A DNA stretch of 64,000 nt from Octopus sinensis (taxonomy: Eukaryota): NCBI RefSeq assembly GCF_006345805.1, contig NW_021836146.1, positions 62,001 through 126,000 of the forward strand, in the 5' to 3' direction. Each line of letters begins with the position of its first letter. The first letter of the stretch is position 1. A model generated the notes under the pieces. That model searched no databases and was not told where the DNA came from. It was given only the letters and a program-made list of their open reading frames with translations. Below, piece by piece: positions 12,431 to 26,569 of this stretch. The translations under genes were made by a program, and so were the position numbers.

Positions 12431-12767
12431 GCATCGCCTTACTGGCACTTGTACTGGTGGCACATGAAAAAACATTCGAGAGAGATAGTTGCCAGTGCCA
12501 CAGGACTGGCTCCTGTGCAGGTGGCACATAAAACACACCATTTGAGTATGGCCATTGCCAGTACTGCCTGACTGGCCCTCGTGCCGGTGACATGTAAAAG
12601 CACCCACTTCACTCTCGAAGTGGTTGGTGTTAGGAAAGGCATCTAGCTATAGAAACTCTGCCAGATCAGATTGGAGCCTGGTGCAGCCATCTGGTTTGCC
12701 AGGCCTCAGTCAAATCGTCCAACACATGCTATCATAGAAAGCGGACTTTAAACGATGATGATGATGA
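12431..12767 (+). mobile_element. SINE/RTE 3'-UTR family with (GAT)n tail
   Basis: Repeated GGCAC..TAAAA modules followed by GTTGGTGTTAGGAAAGGCATC..CAAATCGTCCAAC..AAACGATGATGAT. Homologous to 23740-24068 and 55400-55668. Confidence 0.8.
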
Positions 12768-13212
12768 CACACACACACACAACGGGCTTTTTTTAGATTT
12801 GCTCTACCAGATCCACTCACAAGACTTTGGTTGGCCTGAGGCTATAGTTGAAAACATTTGCCCAAGGTGCCATGCCTGTATTTGTGCTTATAATTTGGAT
12901 TGGAAGTGAAAGAATTTCAGAACACTGTGGTTTTGTGTAATCAGGAATTGATAAAATGCTTAGTTTGAGATCTGTAATTTGTTAACAGGAATATAATTTG
13001 GGTATAATGAATGGACAACTATCTAGCAACAAGTTCAAAGAAGCAACTGCTATTGTTGTAATAAAAGAGGATGAAGAATGATGAAATATTCTATCCATTA
13101 GTTAATGTCTGGGAGCACATTTGTGAGTGAATCTTTCCTAATTAGTTACATAACCATTTTGAGATGTGGTCTGGGATGTTTGGGTCTATAATAGCAACAC
13201 TATTCCATGTTA

Positions 13213-14072
13213 TGCAAAATGATATCGAAAAGTTCCCGGACTATTTAACATTATCTCTTTCAAAACAGTCACCCAGCAGTACAAGCGCTCTTGGAATAGG
13301 GCCTGGAAATCGCTTTCTGTAAGTGAGTCGAGGACCTTCTGCAATTCACTCTTGACCTTGACAACAGTGTTAAAACGGCAACCTTTGAGCTGCATTTTCA
13401 TCTTGGGTAGAGATGAAAGCCTGCAGGTGCTATATTTGGTAGATAGGGCAGATGCAGATGTGATACCATGTTGTTTTAGGTGAGAAACTCATTAGTGAGG
13501 AGAGCTCAGTGACGGGATGCATTGTCATTGAGATGAATCCAATTCTTTGCACTCCACAGATCTGGTTGCTTTCACCAGATGGTCTCCTTGAAGCACTTCA
13601 AAATGTCATTGATTGTCCTCCGGCAATCCTCATGCACAAGCTGATGCATTTTCTTCACATTTCCAGGGTTGACACTCATGACAGGTCTTCCAATTCGCTC
13701 ATCATCTTCAAGGGACGTTCTTCCACTTTTGATGCACATGTGCCACTCAAAACATTGAGTAAACCCATAGCCACAAAACTGTAAGCTTGCGTAGGCATGT
13801 TCCATGTCTCTGTAGCAGACTTCCCAAGTTTAACACAAAATTTCGCAATAGCTTTTTGTTACAACATCCTGTCATGACAAAAATCGCAGACTGCCGCATA
13901 CATGTGATCACAAAAACACAAATTTCACAACTTGCGAAGTAAACTCAGCAATGTAACTTGGCACACTGCCTTATAAAGGTCACTGCTAGCTCTCACTGCA
14001 CGTGCAACTGTGTGCTGTCATTTGTTGGTATGCTACAGAAGTAGTCCAGGAACTTTTTGCTACCACTTCGTA
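13213..14072 (-). mobile_element. Internally deleted Tc1/mariner element
   Basis: TIRs AAAAGTTCC(C/T)GGACTA at both ends. Minus-strand transposase remnants: CVKLGKSATET, FEW..KSGRTSLEDDERIGRP, VHEDCRRTI, and C-terminal HL...MKMQLKG.RF...V. The central catalytic region is missing. Confidence 0.88.
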
Positions 14073-14124
14073 CACCATTAGTTTCCTCTAGTTTATTTTA
14101 TTGTGCAAATGTAATATTTCACAC

Positions 14125-14218
14125 CTGACATGAACAAAGATTTCGACTGTCTCTATGATGAAGTTTTTTTGTTTTATATACGTGAGAAGTATACCATTCT
14201 TGACTGACTGGGGATGTC
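14125..14218 (-). CDS. Candidate internal exon (HPQSVKNGILLTYIKQKNFIIETVEIFVHV), unknown gene
   Basis: Acceptor ctcaaactttctgccag, donor CAG|gtgtga, two frames open. Phase-compatible with the candidate at 19956-20013. Confidence 0.25.
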
Positions 14219-15289
14219 CTGGCAGAAAGTTTGAGAATATGAAATGAATTGTGAATGGTGACCAGAGGCAAACAACTCAACAAGAGGTTTCTCGTGCTAA
14301 AAATAGTTGAAAGCTTTGCTGATGCCAAATTATGTTGCTTTCACCAAATTTTTCTACAAGAAATTACAGTATAACACAAGAGAAACAGAGAATCAAACTG
14401 ATTAAGCAAATGATTGTATATAAACTGCTTTCATCATTTGTGTGATGCTGAAATTATCTGATAGTAGCAATGGGTTTTATTGTTTCATCAGAGGCATTTC
14501 TTTTAGATACTTTATCCACAAAGTCATCAAGAATTATTCATACTTTTATGTTGATTCATTAAAAGCCGTCATCAAACTGTAGAGAACACATTGTAGTAAC
14601 ATTTCATGAGTTGCATGTTCATTTATATTAAAGAGTTTAAGCTGGCAGCATATTTCTTTCTTCATATACTTAGGCATACCTATTTGTGGAGTATAAATAA
14701 CAGATGTCACAGGAAAAATTACTTTCGACCAGTAAGTGCTACACTCGAAAAGGATTGAACTTATCCAATAAACAATTAAGAAAATTAAGTTTAATTACAT
14801 AGGATTATCATGATTCATAAATGGATAAAACAGTGTGATAAAGTGCATCTATGGCTATGTATGTGCAAGAATGGTAAAATGAATATAAATTATGTATTCA
14901 TGCAAAAGAAAGTTTAGGAATGTGCATATGAATAGATATTAATTACTTACATAAAAAAAAATGAGGTGTGCTATATTGCAAATTGACTGTGTCTATCTAT
15001 GCATAAAATCAGTTGTTATCAAGTTACTTAAGTTCAAGAAGTGTCAAGTTTAATTAGTGCTTCGTATAATGACCAATTTGGTTAATCTACTTGATTGCTC
15101 TACTCAGGTGCTAGAGTATTCAGTGTTCTTCAAACTAGATTATTAGAGCAGTACTCAGGATTGCAATTGAATTAACAGAAATTGCATAATAGAAAAGAAA
15201 AAAAAAAGGATGATGACACAATGCACTGATTGTACACACCCTCATTAAAGATGTGATGTGATCTCCATTCGTACTCTTGTGCTATATAC

Positions 15290-15329
<40 letters not shown>

Positions 15330-17973
15330 CATATACAAACTCTTATAGACACATATTTTAAAATGCAAAAGTGCATACCAGCATGCACATTTACTTGAGA
15401 ATAAAAGAAATTAAAAATTAAAGAGAGAGTTCAGTATAGAAATAACTGAATTATCTATATTATAAGGAGTATGATTCTATACATTTATAGATGTATAAGA
15501 ATCAATGCATAGACATGTGTTTCAATATAAACAGAGTTTTTTTTTTTTATGTGTTTTGTGAGCATACTTACCAGAAATTCTATTATTATACAATTTATTA
15601 ATATTTGTGTGTGTACATATGCCAATTCCACAAAACCAATATATAAGCATATTTGAGCTCAGATACAGCTGGCACGTTAGTGTTTATATCTGTGTACATT
15701 TAAAAGAAATCAATGTAAATACAGATCTATACACACAAACATATAGAAAAGAGGATGTGTGGGGATATATCTGATGAAAGAACTGGAGAAAAGGTAAGAA
15801 AAGAAAGACAGGAAAAGAGAAAAAGAAAGAAGCTCTAAGCAATTTTTGCTTTCCTTTTTCTTATCCAAACTATCCATTTATAGAAATAAGAATAATTTTA
15901 CAAACCATTACATCCTTCTGGCAAATTCTATCCTTTAGGATGAAAATTAAATGTCTTATATATTCACATTTCAGATAAAGTAACTAAGACAATATGCCAA
16001 TCAAGGAAAAGTTTAGATATTATATGATACACAAAAAAAAAATCTGGGGAAAGAATTGGTTTTAATAGAAATGACATTATTGGTCTCTCTCTTTCAGTTC
16101 ATATGCCATTACAGGTACATAGTAGTACTAAAAAAATATTTATTGAAGCATATACTTGGCTAAATATTCTTTCTTCATAAAATTTTAGAATGGTTATCAT
16201 GAAGGACAGGTTATAGTTTGCTTTCTATGCAGCACAGAAACATTTCTTTCCAGTATTACTTTTAAATTTTTCACTTTTTAATATTTGTAACAGATAAGAG
16301 ATATAAAGAAATAGCACAATTTCCAATTGTAGAAGGTTTTTTTTTTTTTTATTTGTTACTCTTAGCTTTTTAATTTTTCGCTCTTCGTTTCATTTTTAAA
16401 TAAACATTTGACATGCAGTCTTTGAAAGCGTTGACTTTATAAACCCCAAAAATCTAACAGTAAAAAATTCAACGACAAAAGATAAACAATGAAAGCAAGA
16501 AACAGGGAAACGAAAATAAAGGGGGGGAAAAAATTACAAAATAAAGAAAAAAGAATTAAAGATAGATAGAATGGAAGAAAAAGAAATATAAAAATATACT
16601 TAATAGAATAGTGATGTAAATAATTCAGTTGAAAGAGAAAAGAAGATAAAGTGGTTAGACAACTGACTGACAGAGTATAAGTGAGTTTACTGATGTAGCT
16701 TACAGTAAATTTGGATTGAAAACGTTAGAAACAAATTTTTGTGTATGAATGCATTTTGTGTGGACAATGTATGCATATGTTATTATATATGCATCAGCTG
16801 CATAATAAAAGTATATGTAAAGGAAAGGAACATCTCTTCTGACTTGAATTTATGGAATTCTTCTTTACATGTCAGTCATACTTAAATTGCAAAAGAGACA
16901 GCATATCTCATTCACTCTATGTGTCTGTCTATTTATCTCTTTTATATATATATATATATGCATATACATATATATGTGTGTGTGTGTGTGTGTATGTGTG
17001 TGTGTATATATATATATATATATACACACACATGCATATTTTTTATGTTTGACTTTTTCTTGTGGCTTGGAATAAAAATCTTAGATTTTCTTCTTAAATG
17101 AAAAGGTGAAAAGAATCATAAAAGAAGCTCAATCAATGATGACAGCTGTTTGCCACCAAGCTGTTTTCTCTATTTCACAGATCGGCAGCAATACCACACT
17201 ATTACCTGTTTTTAGAGAGCAAAATTGAGAGATGGAGGCGGAAGTGAAATGGAAATAAATAAGCTTCAAATAGCAACAAGACATTTTAAAAAAAAATTTT
17301 TTACAAAAAGATTTCAGCTAAGGAAATTTGCAAAGCCTATTGTAGGAAATATTTCACCTTTTCTTCTTCTTTTCAATGATATTTACATATCTTTTTAAAA
17401 TTTTTACTGATAAAAGAATACTTTATTGAGTAATACTTTTCGCTAAAATAAAAATGGACAAATTCAAATTCTTTTTGATGAAAATTGATAGGAAAAGGAA
17501 GTACAAATCCATTGAAAACTTCTATCATGTCTAGGTATTATTTTGGCTGAATTGAAAGTCTGAAGAGAAAAGATGAGTACCGGGATAACCCTCAATGATC
17601 AAACAAAAGCATACACCTTTAGGTGTGAATGGGTTTGTTGCATAATAGAGATTATTATAATTATACAAATAAGAAAATGATTGGTTATTAGAATGATGAA
17701 ACTGAAGGAAACAGTAAGCCATATATTTCTGTTGAAATCACGAAAGAGAAAGGTGCGTGAACTTATATACCAAGTATGATAATAAAACAATTATAAATTC
17801 CAAATGAAGCAATAATTCAACAATAAAAAGTTTCCATTTAAGAAACAAGACACAAGTTATATCAATATAACAAATTCTCCAATATCTGAATTAATCTTTC
17901 ACACATAAGCATCATCCGCATGCACCTTAGATGCCTCAAGCTATGCATACACAGTTTGCATGAACAATGATTC

Positions 17974-18512
17974 AGGTATGGCTATGTGGTTAATAAGTTT
18001 GCTTCACAACCACATGGTTTTGGGTTTAGTCCCACTGCAAGTAACTTTTACACTAATCTAAGAATGACAAGTGCTTTGTGACTGAAAGGCAGATGGAAAA
18101 GTAGAAGGCTCACTATGTGCATGTGAGTAAGAATATTGACATCTCAAGGCTTTCCTTGAGTGAAACAAGGAATGATGTTGACATTCCTTGTTGGCATAGC
18201 CCCTACACACAATTTTTTTCTTTCCTTGTTTCTTTTCTGTGTATCTTTCTGTCGAAGAGCGTAGGCTCGAAACGTAAAAGACTTGTTTTATTTCTATTCC
18301 TGAGCGCCATACTAATACATTGTTTGTTTGTACTCCACCTGCCTTCATCTTTTGTTTATTTTCGTAACCTTCCTGTTATAGAATGAAAGTATCCCTAACT
18401 TGAAAAACAAGCAAGAGTTGGTAACAGAAAGAGCATCAGACTGTAAAAAAATGTTACATCAAATACATTCCTGTCCATCCCATGTTAGCATAGTAAAAAA
18501 GATATTAAATGA
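17974..18512 (+). mobile_element. tRNA-headed SINE interrupted by an approximately 200 bp hammerhead-bearing insert
   Basis: Head and tail are homologous to the SINE at 59480-59870; the segment at about 18170-18390 is absent from that copy. Confidence 0.6.
18244..18281 (+). ncRNA. Minimal type I hammerhead ribozyme variant (CUGUCGA core)
   Basis: TCTTT-CTGTCGA-A-GAGC gtag GCTC-GAAA-CG-TA-AAAGA: 5 bp stem I, 4 bp stem II, palindromic ACGT stem III and a GUA cleavage triplet. Core position 6 is U rather than A. Confidence 0.65.
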
Positions 18513-18717
18513 ATTAATAAGAACCTATTAAACATACTCTAACATACCTCAATAAAAACATGATTATCTTGTCTCCTTCAACTGTGCCAAAACACAATCA
18601 CTAAAAACAGCAAGATGACATATTACCTTATGTCATCTGCACTGAAACAAATCACATATAAAGCTCTAACTATATTAACATTAAGTATCACAATCTTCAA
18701 TGATTTCTCATTCTTTT

Positions 18718-19034
18718 TTTCCTTCTTTTATTTGTTTCAGTCATTTAGCCTGCAGCTGTGCTGTGGCACCGCTTCAAAGAATTAGTGGAATGAACTGACC
18801 CGAAAATTTTTAATTTTGAAACTGAATCACATCAACATCAGTTGTCAAGTAGTGGTGGGGGACTGACACATACACATATACACATGTATACGATGGGCTT
18901 CTTTCAGTTTCCGCCCACTAAATCCACTCACAAGGCTTTGGTTGACACTTACTGAAAGGTACTACACACTGAGACTGAACCCAGATCCATGAGGTTCAGA
19001 AGCAAGCTTCTTACCACACAACCACTCCTGCACC
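18718..19034 (-). mobile_element. tRNA-derived SINE, near full length
   Basis: Minus-strand head AGGTGCAGGAGTGGTTGTGTGGTAAGAAGCTTGCTTCTGAAC.. and tail ..GGTGCCACAGCACAGCTGCAG..GACTGAAACAAATAAAAG. Homologues at 12770-12875, 28925-29045, 42922-43265, 50320-50480 and 62833-63110. Confidence 0.8.
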
Positions 19035-19955
19035 TCATGATAACAATTTATCTATAATAAAACCAAAACTTTTCATCAGAGTCACATAATATACTATAGA
19101 TCTAAACTGTTATTGTTTTAATACAATGTACAATTTTCCTTTACACTACTGATGATGCAGGTGACAGAAGAAATACTACATGCACAAGTATTCTAAAAAC
19201 ACAAAGATATTTAACTCAGTGGTAAACTTCCACGATACCTTTTCACACATCTATGAGCTATATTCTCCTTTGAACTTTTCTGCAACTACTAGAGTGTTCA
19301 TTTGTCTCTGAATTAGCAAGTGCGTACCTCCTGGTTGGTCTGCTTCCAACCCACCCCTTATTTCTTCTGTGCTTCACCACCAACCACACACTCAGTTATA
19401 TTGTCCAAAATTTTGTACCCAAACTGCAGACCTCTGAGACGTCTTTCCTATCCACATTATGCATTATTGAAGAAGTTTAAGTTAAGTATCAACTACATTA
19501 ATTTTACCTAAGAAGTTTATGAACACAGCCATTCTACTTCAAACTATTTGATAAAACAAAAAAAGACTGTGCTTATCAAAACAAAAAAAAATCCAGTGTG
19601 AAAGAAATAAAATATTTCATTTTCAAACCATCATTAAAAGCTTTTCTTCAATGTTTACTGAGTACCCTTGATCACAAAGTAAGTATATTAATAGTACTTA
19701 TACTAATTACTATATACTGTATACTAATTAGAATGCAATTTCAATAAAAATGAATAGAGATAAAAAAGATTTAATAGGGAAAACAATAGGTATAAACTAT
19801 ATAATTAAATATACCACTCTCCAGTGATTAATCTTTTATGTCAACTAATAGTATTCATTCATAAGTGACAATTCATTTTGATATATTTGGAAATATAAAA
19901 GACAAACACACATTAACCCTGATCCTAAGAAGATGTTTAATTCAAAACTGTTCAC

Positions 19956-20013
19956 CTATCATTTCAAATTCAGCATATGAGCCAGTAGGGGAACATTTAT
20001 ATAGTTGCTCAAC
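19956..20013 (-). CDS. Candidate internal exon (VEQLYKCSPTGSYAEFEMI), unknown gene
   Basis: Acceptor gatatttttgccag, donor ATAG|gtgaac, only one of three frames open. Confidence 0.3.
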
Positions 20014-23000
20014 CTGGCAAAAATATCAACCAAATCTTGTCAAATTACACACTGCCATAGTAAAATTGAAACGATGCTTGATAAAGTACACTTGATAAAA
20101 AGACAGGATAGGCATGGCTGGAACAATTAGAGATTGTTTGGATCTAAACAATAATAGCAAATCGTCTCAACCTGTTAGAAGGTATTTATATATACATGTT
20201 CACCTCATTGCTTAAGCAAGTGTAATTATTTATGGCCATGCAATGTTTTAGACACACAGCAAAACAATTGCTATGTTATAATTATTACCTGACTAAAAGT
20301 AACAATATTTTAAATTGTCAACTTTTCATTGTAAAAACAAACCCCTGTCAGAAAATATAACCTAACACTTAACAGAAAAGCTTAAAAGTTTATACATCTG
20401 CAGGAAAATTAAATATATAATTTTCCAAAACATGGTCTTGATTTTTCTATTAATATGTATATCATATGGGCAAACCTTACAAACCTTAATAAACCACAAG
20501 CAATATATTATTCCTGAACTATCAATAATAATATACTAGTGATTTTAAAATGTGCTGGTATAGTTAGGATGCTATAAGGTTTTTAACTATATGTTTCCGG
20601 TGGGGATCTAGTCTTCTTAAAAAGAAAGCAAAAAATACAACTAGAAGTATTTCTATAAAGAATGCAAATGGCAATCATTACAAAGGAGGGAAATTCCATG
20701 GAATATTAATAATATTATTTATATACCAGGGTTAACATTGCTTTTCAAGCTTTTTGGGTTGATAAAATGATAAGTAGATAGATAAGTAGGAGATGGTCAT
20801 CATGACCCTTAGCATTTACTTGTTCAAATCTTTCTGGGTTTAACTGCCTTTTTACCGTTCTGAGGTCAATGAAATATGTACCAATAACAATTTAGAATAT
20901 CGTTTTCTTATAAATATAGTAAATCATCATCATTAGCATCAATAACAGCACCAATTCTAGAGATTGCATTTATTATTCATAAATGGCTGTATTGCATTTC
21001 CTATTCTTAAACATAACTTCATTATTGATGACGTTTTTATTAGAACCACTAAGGGTGATGGAGTGGCAGAACTGTTACAACTTTCAAGAAAATGCATTGC
21101 ATTATTTCTTGTGGTTTTTTACATTCTAAATCCAAAATCATGCCATGGTCAAACAGTTTCTTTCATCTCTCCAGTGTTGATAAAATAAAGTATCTTTTTC
21201 TCCAACACTGTTGTTAGTAAAAAATCCTTTGTCATTCTTCACAATAACTAGAAATATATACAAAACTGACCTATAGATGAATTTTAAGAATTGATAACAC
21301 AAATAACAGCTTGTTACTACAAATATGAATTATGGGACCCCAAAAAAATTAACAATGTTGACCTAAATGCGAATTTCACTGAGAGAAGCACTTAATCTGG
21401 TTCTCAACTATCTGTGACAGTCCTATTGACCAAATCAATACCAATAATGAGAATAGTAAGTAAAAGTAAAACGATTTTATTCTTAACTGCAGTTTGTCTT
21501 TAGCAAATGAGGCATTTCCATAAATTGGCTGTCAAGTACAATATCTTAGTGTCTGTATAAAACATTTAATCTATTTCAAATACTTATCAAGAACGAAATT
21601 AAAAAAAAAACGACATAATGATAAACTATGATATAAACAAAGAAATTAGAAAAAAAAAAGCATGATAAAAAGTTCGAGATCTGAAATGTATTCTTTAATT
21701 GCATTTTTCTGCCAAAATAAAATCACATTATAGCCATACACAAAATAAATGGACTTTATCTTCCAACAATATGCCATTATTTTTATTTTTATTTTGTTTG
21801 CCTTCATTTTTATTTTTGGGCCTTCTGATGTAGTCATTGATAGCATAAAAATTTTAATCAATATCATTTATCAAAACTGATGATTATAATAGACAAACAA
21901 TTATCTTAATTTTCAGTATTTGGAATAAAGTTAAGTGTTAAGGTGCTAAATCTAATAAATGTAATGTAAATGTAGACTATCCTGAGTGTCTCAGTCTAAA
22001 AAAAGAAAAAAAAAAACAAAACAAAAATATAGCTTAGTTAATAGAATGATGGATTACCAAGAATCAAAAATTTGTAGCTAGAAAAACTGAACGTATAATC
22101 AGAACATTTAAATCTTGGTGACTCAATCCACTAAGTTGTAATTAAATATTAAAGGTTTATGCATCTCATCAGTATACACAGTAAGAGCACAGTATAATTT
22201 TTAAAATATTTTGTTAGGGATAAGGATGTGTATTGTCGTTAAAAAATGATACTGGTCTCTTCTAGCTAACAGATTCGAATATCAGCAAAATCACCAATAA
22301 AAAAGATTTGTGAACGAAAAAAATCAAATAAATAAAACATTACCGATGTAACCTTTGCCCATCTGAATTGCAGATATTTTTATTCACTAAATTTTGGAAA
22401 CTTACAATGCTCTTCAAAGTAAGTTTCACATGCTGTCTGGTTTTGTACTATCATTTGCATCATGACACTGTAGCAAAAGTTCAAGTCAAATACAAGAATA
22501 TTTTTAACAATTCCTTCCCATATCACAGTTCAATTTTTCTGAAAAGGCTAGCCTCTGGATTTTCAAGTTGGGATTAACCATGTCAAACTCATCATTCGGT
22601 AGCAGTCCATGACAGTGACACAGCTTAATCCATGACTTTATGCACAACCTACTGAAGTATTTTGTATGGTTTTCATTGAAAGATATGACAAACTATCTTT
22701 AAAATCAAAGGAGTGTGCATTGCAGGCAAACACACACACTCTCCCTCTCTCTCTCTGAAATGCTGTCTTTTTACTGATGCAAGAGTATATAAGGAGTATG
22801 TAATTGTGGAATTTCAGTTTGGAGTATCCATCACTTAACTTCTGCCAGCCAAAGCAAACCATGGAGTGAACACACACATTCATGAGAAACAAGATCAATA
22901 AATTCCTTATCAAATATATTGTCTTAACATGCAAAGTTTGGGGAAAATAATTACTTGAAAATATGCTAATTTATCCCTGTTCTTTTATTGGTAAAGCTGC

Positions 23001-23739
23001 ATCTATTACTACAATAGTTCAGCCCAGTTTTATGTTCCCCAAGACTAATACATGCAATTGTGCTTTAAACACTGCTCTTTTATAATAAAATGGCCACAAG
23101 CTTTGATGCTAAGCTATAACCATAAAATCTGTTAGCAATAACAATGATTTCAATTCAGCCAGTTATGTTTTGACATTTGCTTAGTGTCATTTGTTAATAG
23201 GGCAAGTAAAATTACATTGAACTTCATAGATGAATGAGTGAGCGAGCAAGTGAGACTTGCAAGAAACAACTCCAGTATTAAGATAGAATACATATATTTA
23301 TTAAAACAGAATGCTTGCACAAAAGAAGTAAAACAAATATTTCTCAAATACAAAAACATTCACATTCCCATTATCACTTGTTTGTTTCCTCTAACCTGCA
23401 TATTAACAAACTAATAACAACTGCATCACCATCGTAATCTTCATTGCCTAAATGATTTTTGCACCAGTATCATGTTGGCATTAGTTAAATGAATCTTTGA
23501 TACGGAATACTGTTATTCTCAATTTTGCAATATCTCATTCATAAGAATTAAAATTCTATGACCTGATGTCACTTTGTTTTTCCTCATCTTCCTTATTCAA
23601 CCTCTAGTTTATTGTTAGCTAATAGCACTTGTGTAAGAGTTACCAATTTACAATTACATGTTTATGCTATAACAAGTATTTCTGCTCATACAAGAAAATT
23701 CCTCTCACAGAGGCAATGGCAAGTGACCAAGACCATAAG

Positions 23740-24068
23740 CAATTTGCTATGCTTGAGAAGACACAAGCTAAGTGAAATCATGGTTGTGACCAGTGCCAAT
23801 GACACATATTTGGCACCTGTGGTGAAGACACATAAAGGGCACTCATGCCAATGACACATAATTGGCACCCATGCCAGTGACACATAAGAGACACGCAGTA
23901 CACTTCATAGAGTAGTTGGCATTAGGAAGGGCATTCAGACATAGAAGCCAAACCAAAACAGACTGGAGCCCAATGCAGCTCTCTGATTTACCTGCTCCAG
24001 TCAAACTATGTAGCCTATAACATCATGGAAAACAGATGTTAGATGATGATGGGGAAGATGATGATGAT
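23740..24068 (+). mobile_element. SINE/RTE 3'-UTR family copy
   Basis: Tandem TGCCA.TGACACATAA modules, GTTGGCATTAGGAAGGGCAT and a (GAT)n tail. Confidence 0.75.
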
Positions 24069-24089
24069 GAACTTAACACATCCAGTAGT

Positions 24090-24400
24090 TCAGAGTTCTT
24101 GCAAACTTATTCAGATCTTCCACATTCATACGGTTTGCTTCTTGCATAGAGAGGTTGCTTGCTACCAACAGAGGTAATGTTTCCTCGAACACAGTTCAAC
24201 ACTTCTACAGCATCATTGTCACTAGTACTACCTCCTGCACTAATAATGGCATCTAGGTAATAGAAAATATCTAATGCTTTTGCAAGCCATCTAAGCAAAC
24301 CTAAGCCTTTGCACCTAACAGAAATAATTTTTCTCCTTTCATGCCTTTCTTTTGAAAATGAATCAATTAACATATCTGTCCTGTGTGAATAGTTACCGAG
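24090..24400 (-). mobile_element. Decayed RTE LINE fragment
   Basis: ORF 24107..24406 contains FYYLDAIISAGG, matching the RTE FCYLGD.I..GG motif also seen near 10760. Confidence 0.5.
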
Positions 24401-25054
24401 AAGCATGTGGTTGGGAAGATAAAGATTCTTCTTTCATCATATAGTTCTATAAACATATTCTACATGAAACTTAAAGAAGATGATTTTCTAATGTAGATAT
24501 GGAAATATTAAGGAAGGGCAGTGGAGTAATCATGTTGGTAGCAAATACAACATGAGAAAAGATTAAACACATTATAATACATAGATACTAACCATGAAGA
24601 TTGTGAGTCAAAGGGTGGAAGATAGAAGGGTGGAAGATAGAAGAAATAATTACAGTTCTTATCAGGTGCAGAGGATTAGAAAATGAGGGAATGAAAAATT
24701 ACCTGAAACAAAAATTCTCAGCCAGTTAACTTTAACAGCAAATCCCTTTAAACTAAAATCAATATTATTTCATAACTCTTTTCAATAATCTATTGCGATA
24801 CAGAATATATGTTGCATTTTGCATTCCTCCTATCTGAAAACACTAAAAGAAGAAGAAAAAAAGAAAGATATGAAGACTTTCTTTCAGGATACAGTACAGT
24901 TAATTAACACCCTACACAAATATCTCCAGACCACTTGAACTAAAGCTCACAGGCAATGAAACTAATACATCCTTTGAATCATGCTTTGCATTTATTTTTC
25001 ACCACCAAATTTCATTTTATCTGTTTTTATAAAGATTAAGAATATTGTTTTGAG

Positions 25055-25358
25055 CAGTGGTTCCCAATCTTTTCACTACCAAAGGTTCCTCTTTTATTTA
25101 AATGAATTTTCCTAGGCTTTTGAAAAGTCTGACTATTTAATGAGATGATTTTATTGAGTAACAACTAAACTTGTTACACCACCTTCAGCTTGCGACTGAA
25201 AGATATTAGCAACTGAGAAACAATATAATTGTGTAATTATAAATTTTACTCTGCAGCCCTCTAAAAGTTTGGACCTAACTCACAGACTTCCAATACTATA
25301 CTACTTCTGTGGACCCCAGGGGTCTACAGACCCCACCAAGTTTAGAATTACAATCCTA
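25055..25358. mobile_element. hAT-like MITE, degenerate
   Basis: Starts CAGTGGTTCCCAA (Charlie-type TIR), has internal GTGGACCCCAGGGGTCTACAGACCCC, and its right end is eroded. Confidence 0.5.
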
Positions 25359-26569
25359 GATAATATGCATCTATATTCAAAATGTTTAACAATACAGGTT
25401 TATCATAACAAATTACCTGTAGAGTGAATAAAATTACTAATTGCTAATTGCCATGTCTTCCAAACATAGGTTAAATAAAACATTTATTTTTAAAAAGTGC
25501 CAAAATCTCAGTGGAAATTAAGAAATTAAAAAAGCAAAACAAAAACTAGGAAAACAAATTTCTCAAATATTATATTAAAAACCAGTGGTGTAAGTAATAT
25601 CAAGTTAAACATTTTTACAACTGAGAATAATTAATAATTTGATTAAAAATTAACTTCAGTCCCATCTTTCGGAAATACTTTTCATATTTTCTAAAATAGT
25701 TTTAAAAATTAAATTATTTTTAATGGTAAAGCTTGAAGTGGATAAAGTTATAAATAATCATATATAGACTATTTGGTTAAAAGATAGAAAAACGCTGAAA
25801 GCTTTCCAGGGAACTTGAACAATTAAAAGTTATTTACTTCATACCTCTCAAACTTTCTAAATTCTTATAATGTAGACAGTTTTGAAAATTATTTGAAAGT
25901 AAATCAAAATTATGTTAGAATATTTTTAATTATTTCACAAGAAATTTGAAAACACTCACAAGCAGTGCATTTCTCAAAATGGAAAATAATAGGTACAACA
26001 GGGTTTTAAAAGGGCAACAGATCACTACATGTTTTCACATGATAACTTAAACAATTTCCAGGACAGTTTAGCTTTTGTGTCTCTACATCGTGATCGGAGC
26101 ATGTCAGGAAATACAGATTTTTAACAAAAGAAAAAGAAAACCAGATGAAAATTACACTGCTGTATTGATTTTTACCTATCTCGAATATTGCTCTTTGATT
26201 TCCATAGGGATTTCATTGAATAACAGAAATTTGTATTTAACCATATCACTAACAGCAGCAGTCAACCGTAGCTTTTGTTAAAGTGATGTTTTGTCTGTTC
26301 ATGGTGGAATAAATATCAAGTGCCATTGTAGTTAGGTAGGGATTTGTACCATAGTAGATAACAGACTCACTTTCATATAACCTGGCATTATTAGCTTGTA
26401 CATTATATGGTAAAGATAACATGCTAAATGTACTTCATTTAATAGGGAGTTGAAGTTGGTGGGAAGGAGTTGTGCCAACACAAACATTAACACCTGAACA
26501 GGAAGCTACACAAAGCAAAGAAAAATCATATAATTGATGAATAGTAGTGTTTTTTTAAACCTGTTATCT

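Noticed and set aside
14480-14500. Other CTGATGA/CTGAAGA words (for example 15771, 19150, 58605)
   Set aside because: None has a stem II followed by GAAA and NUH with a pairing stem I, so none is a hammerhead.
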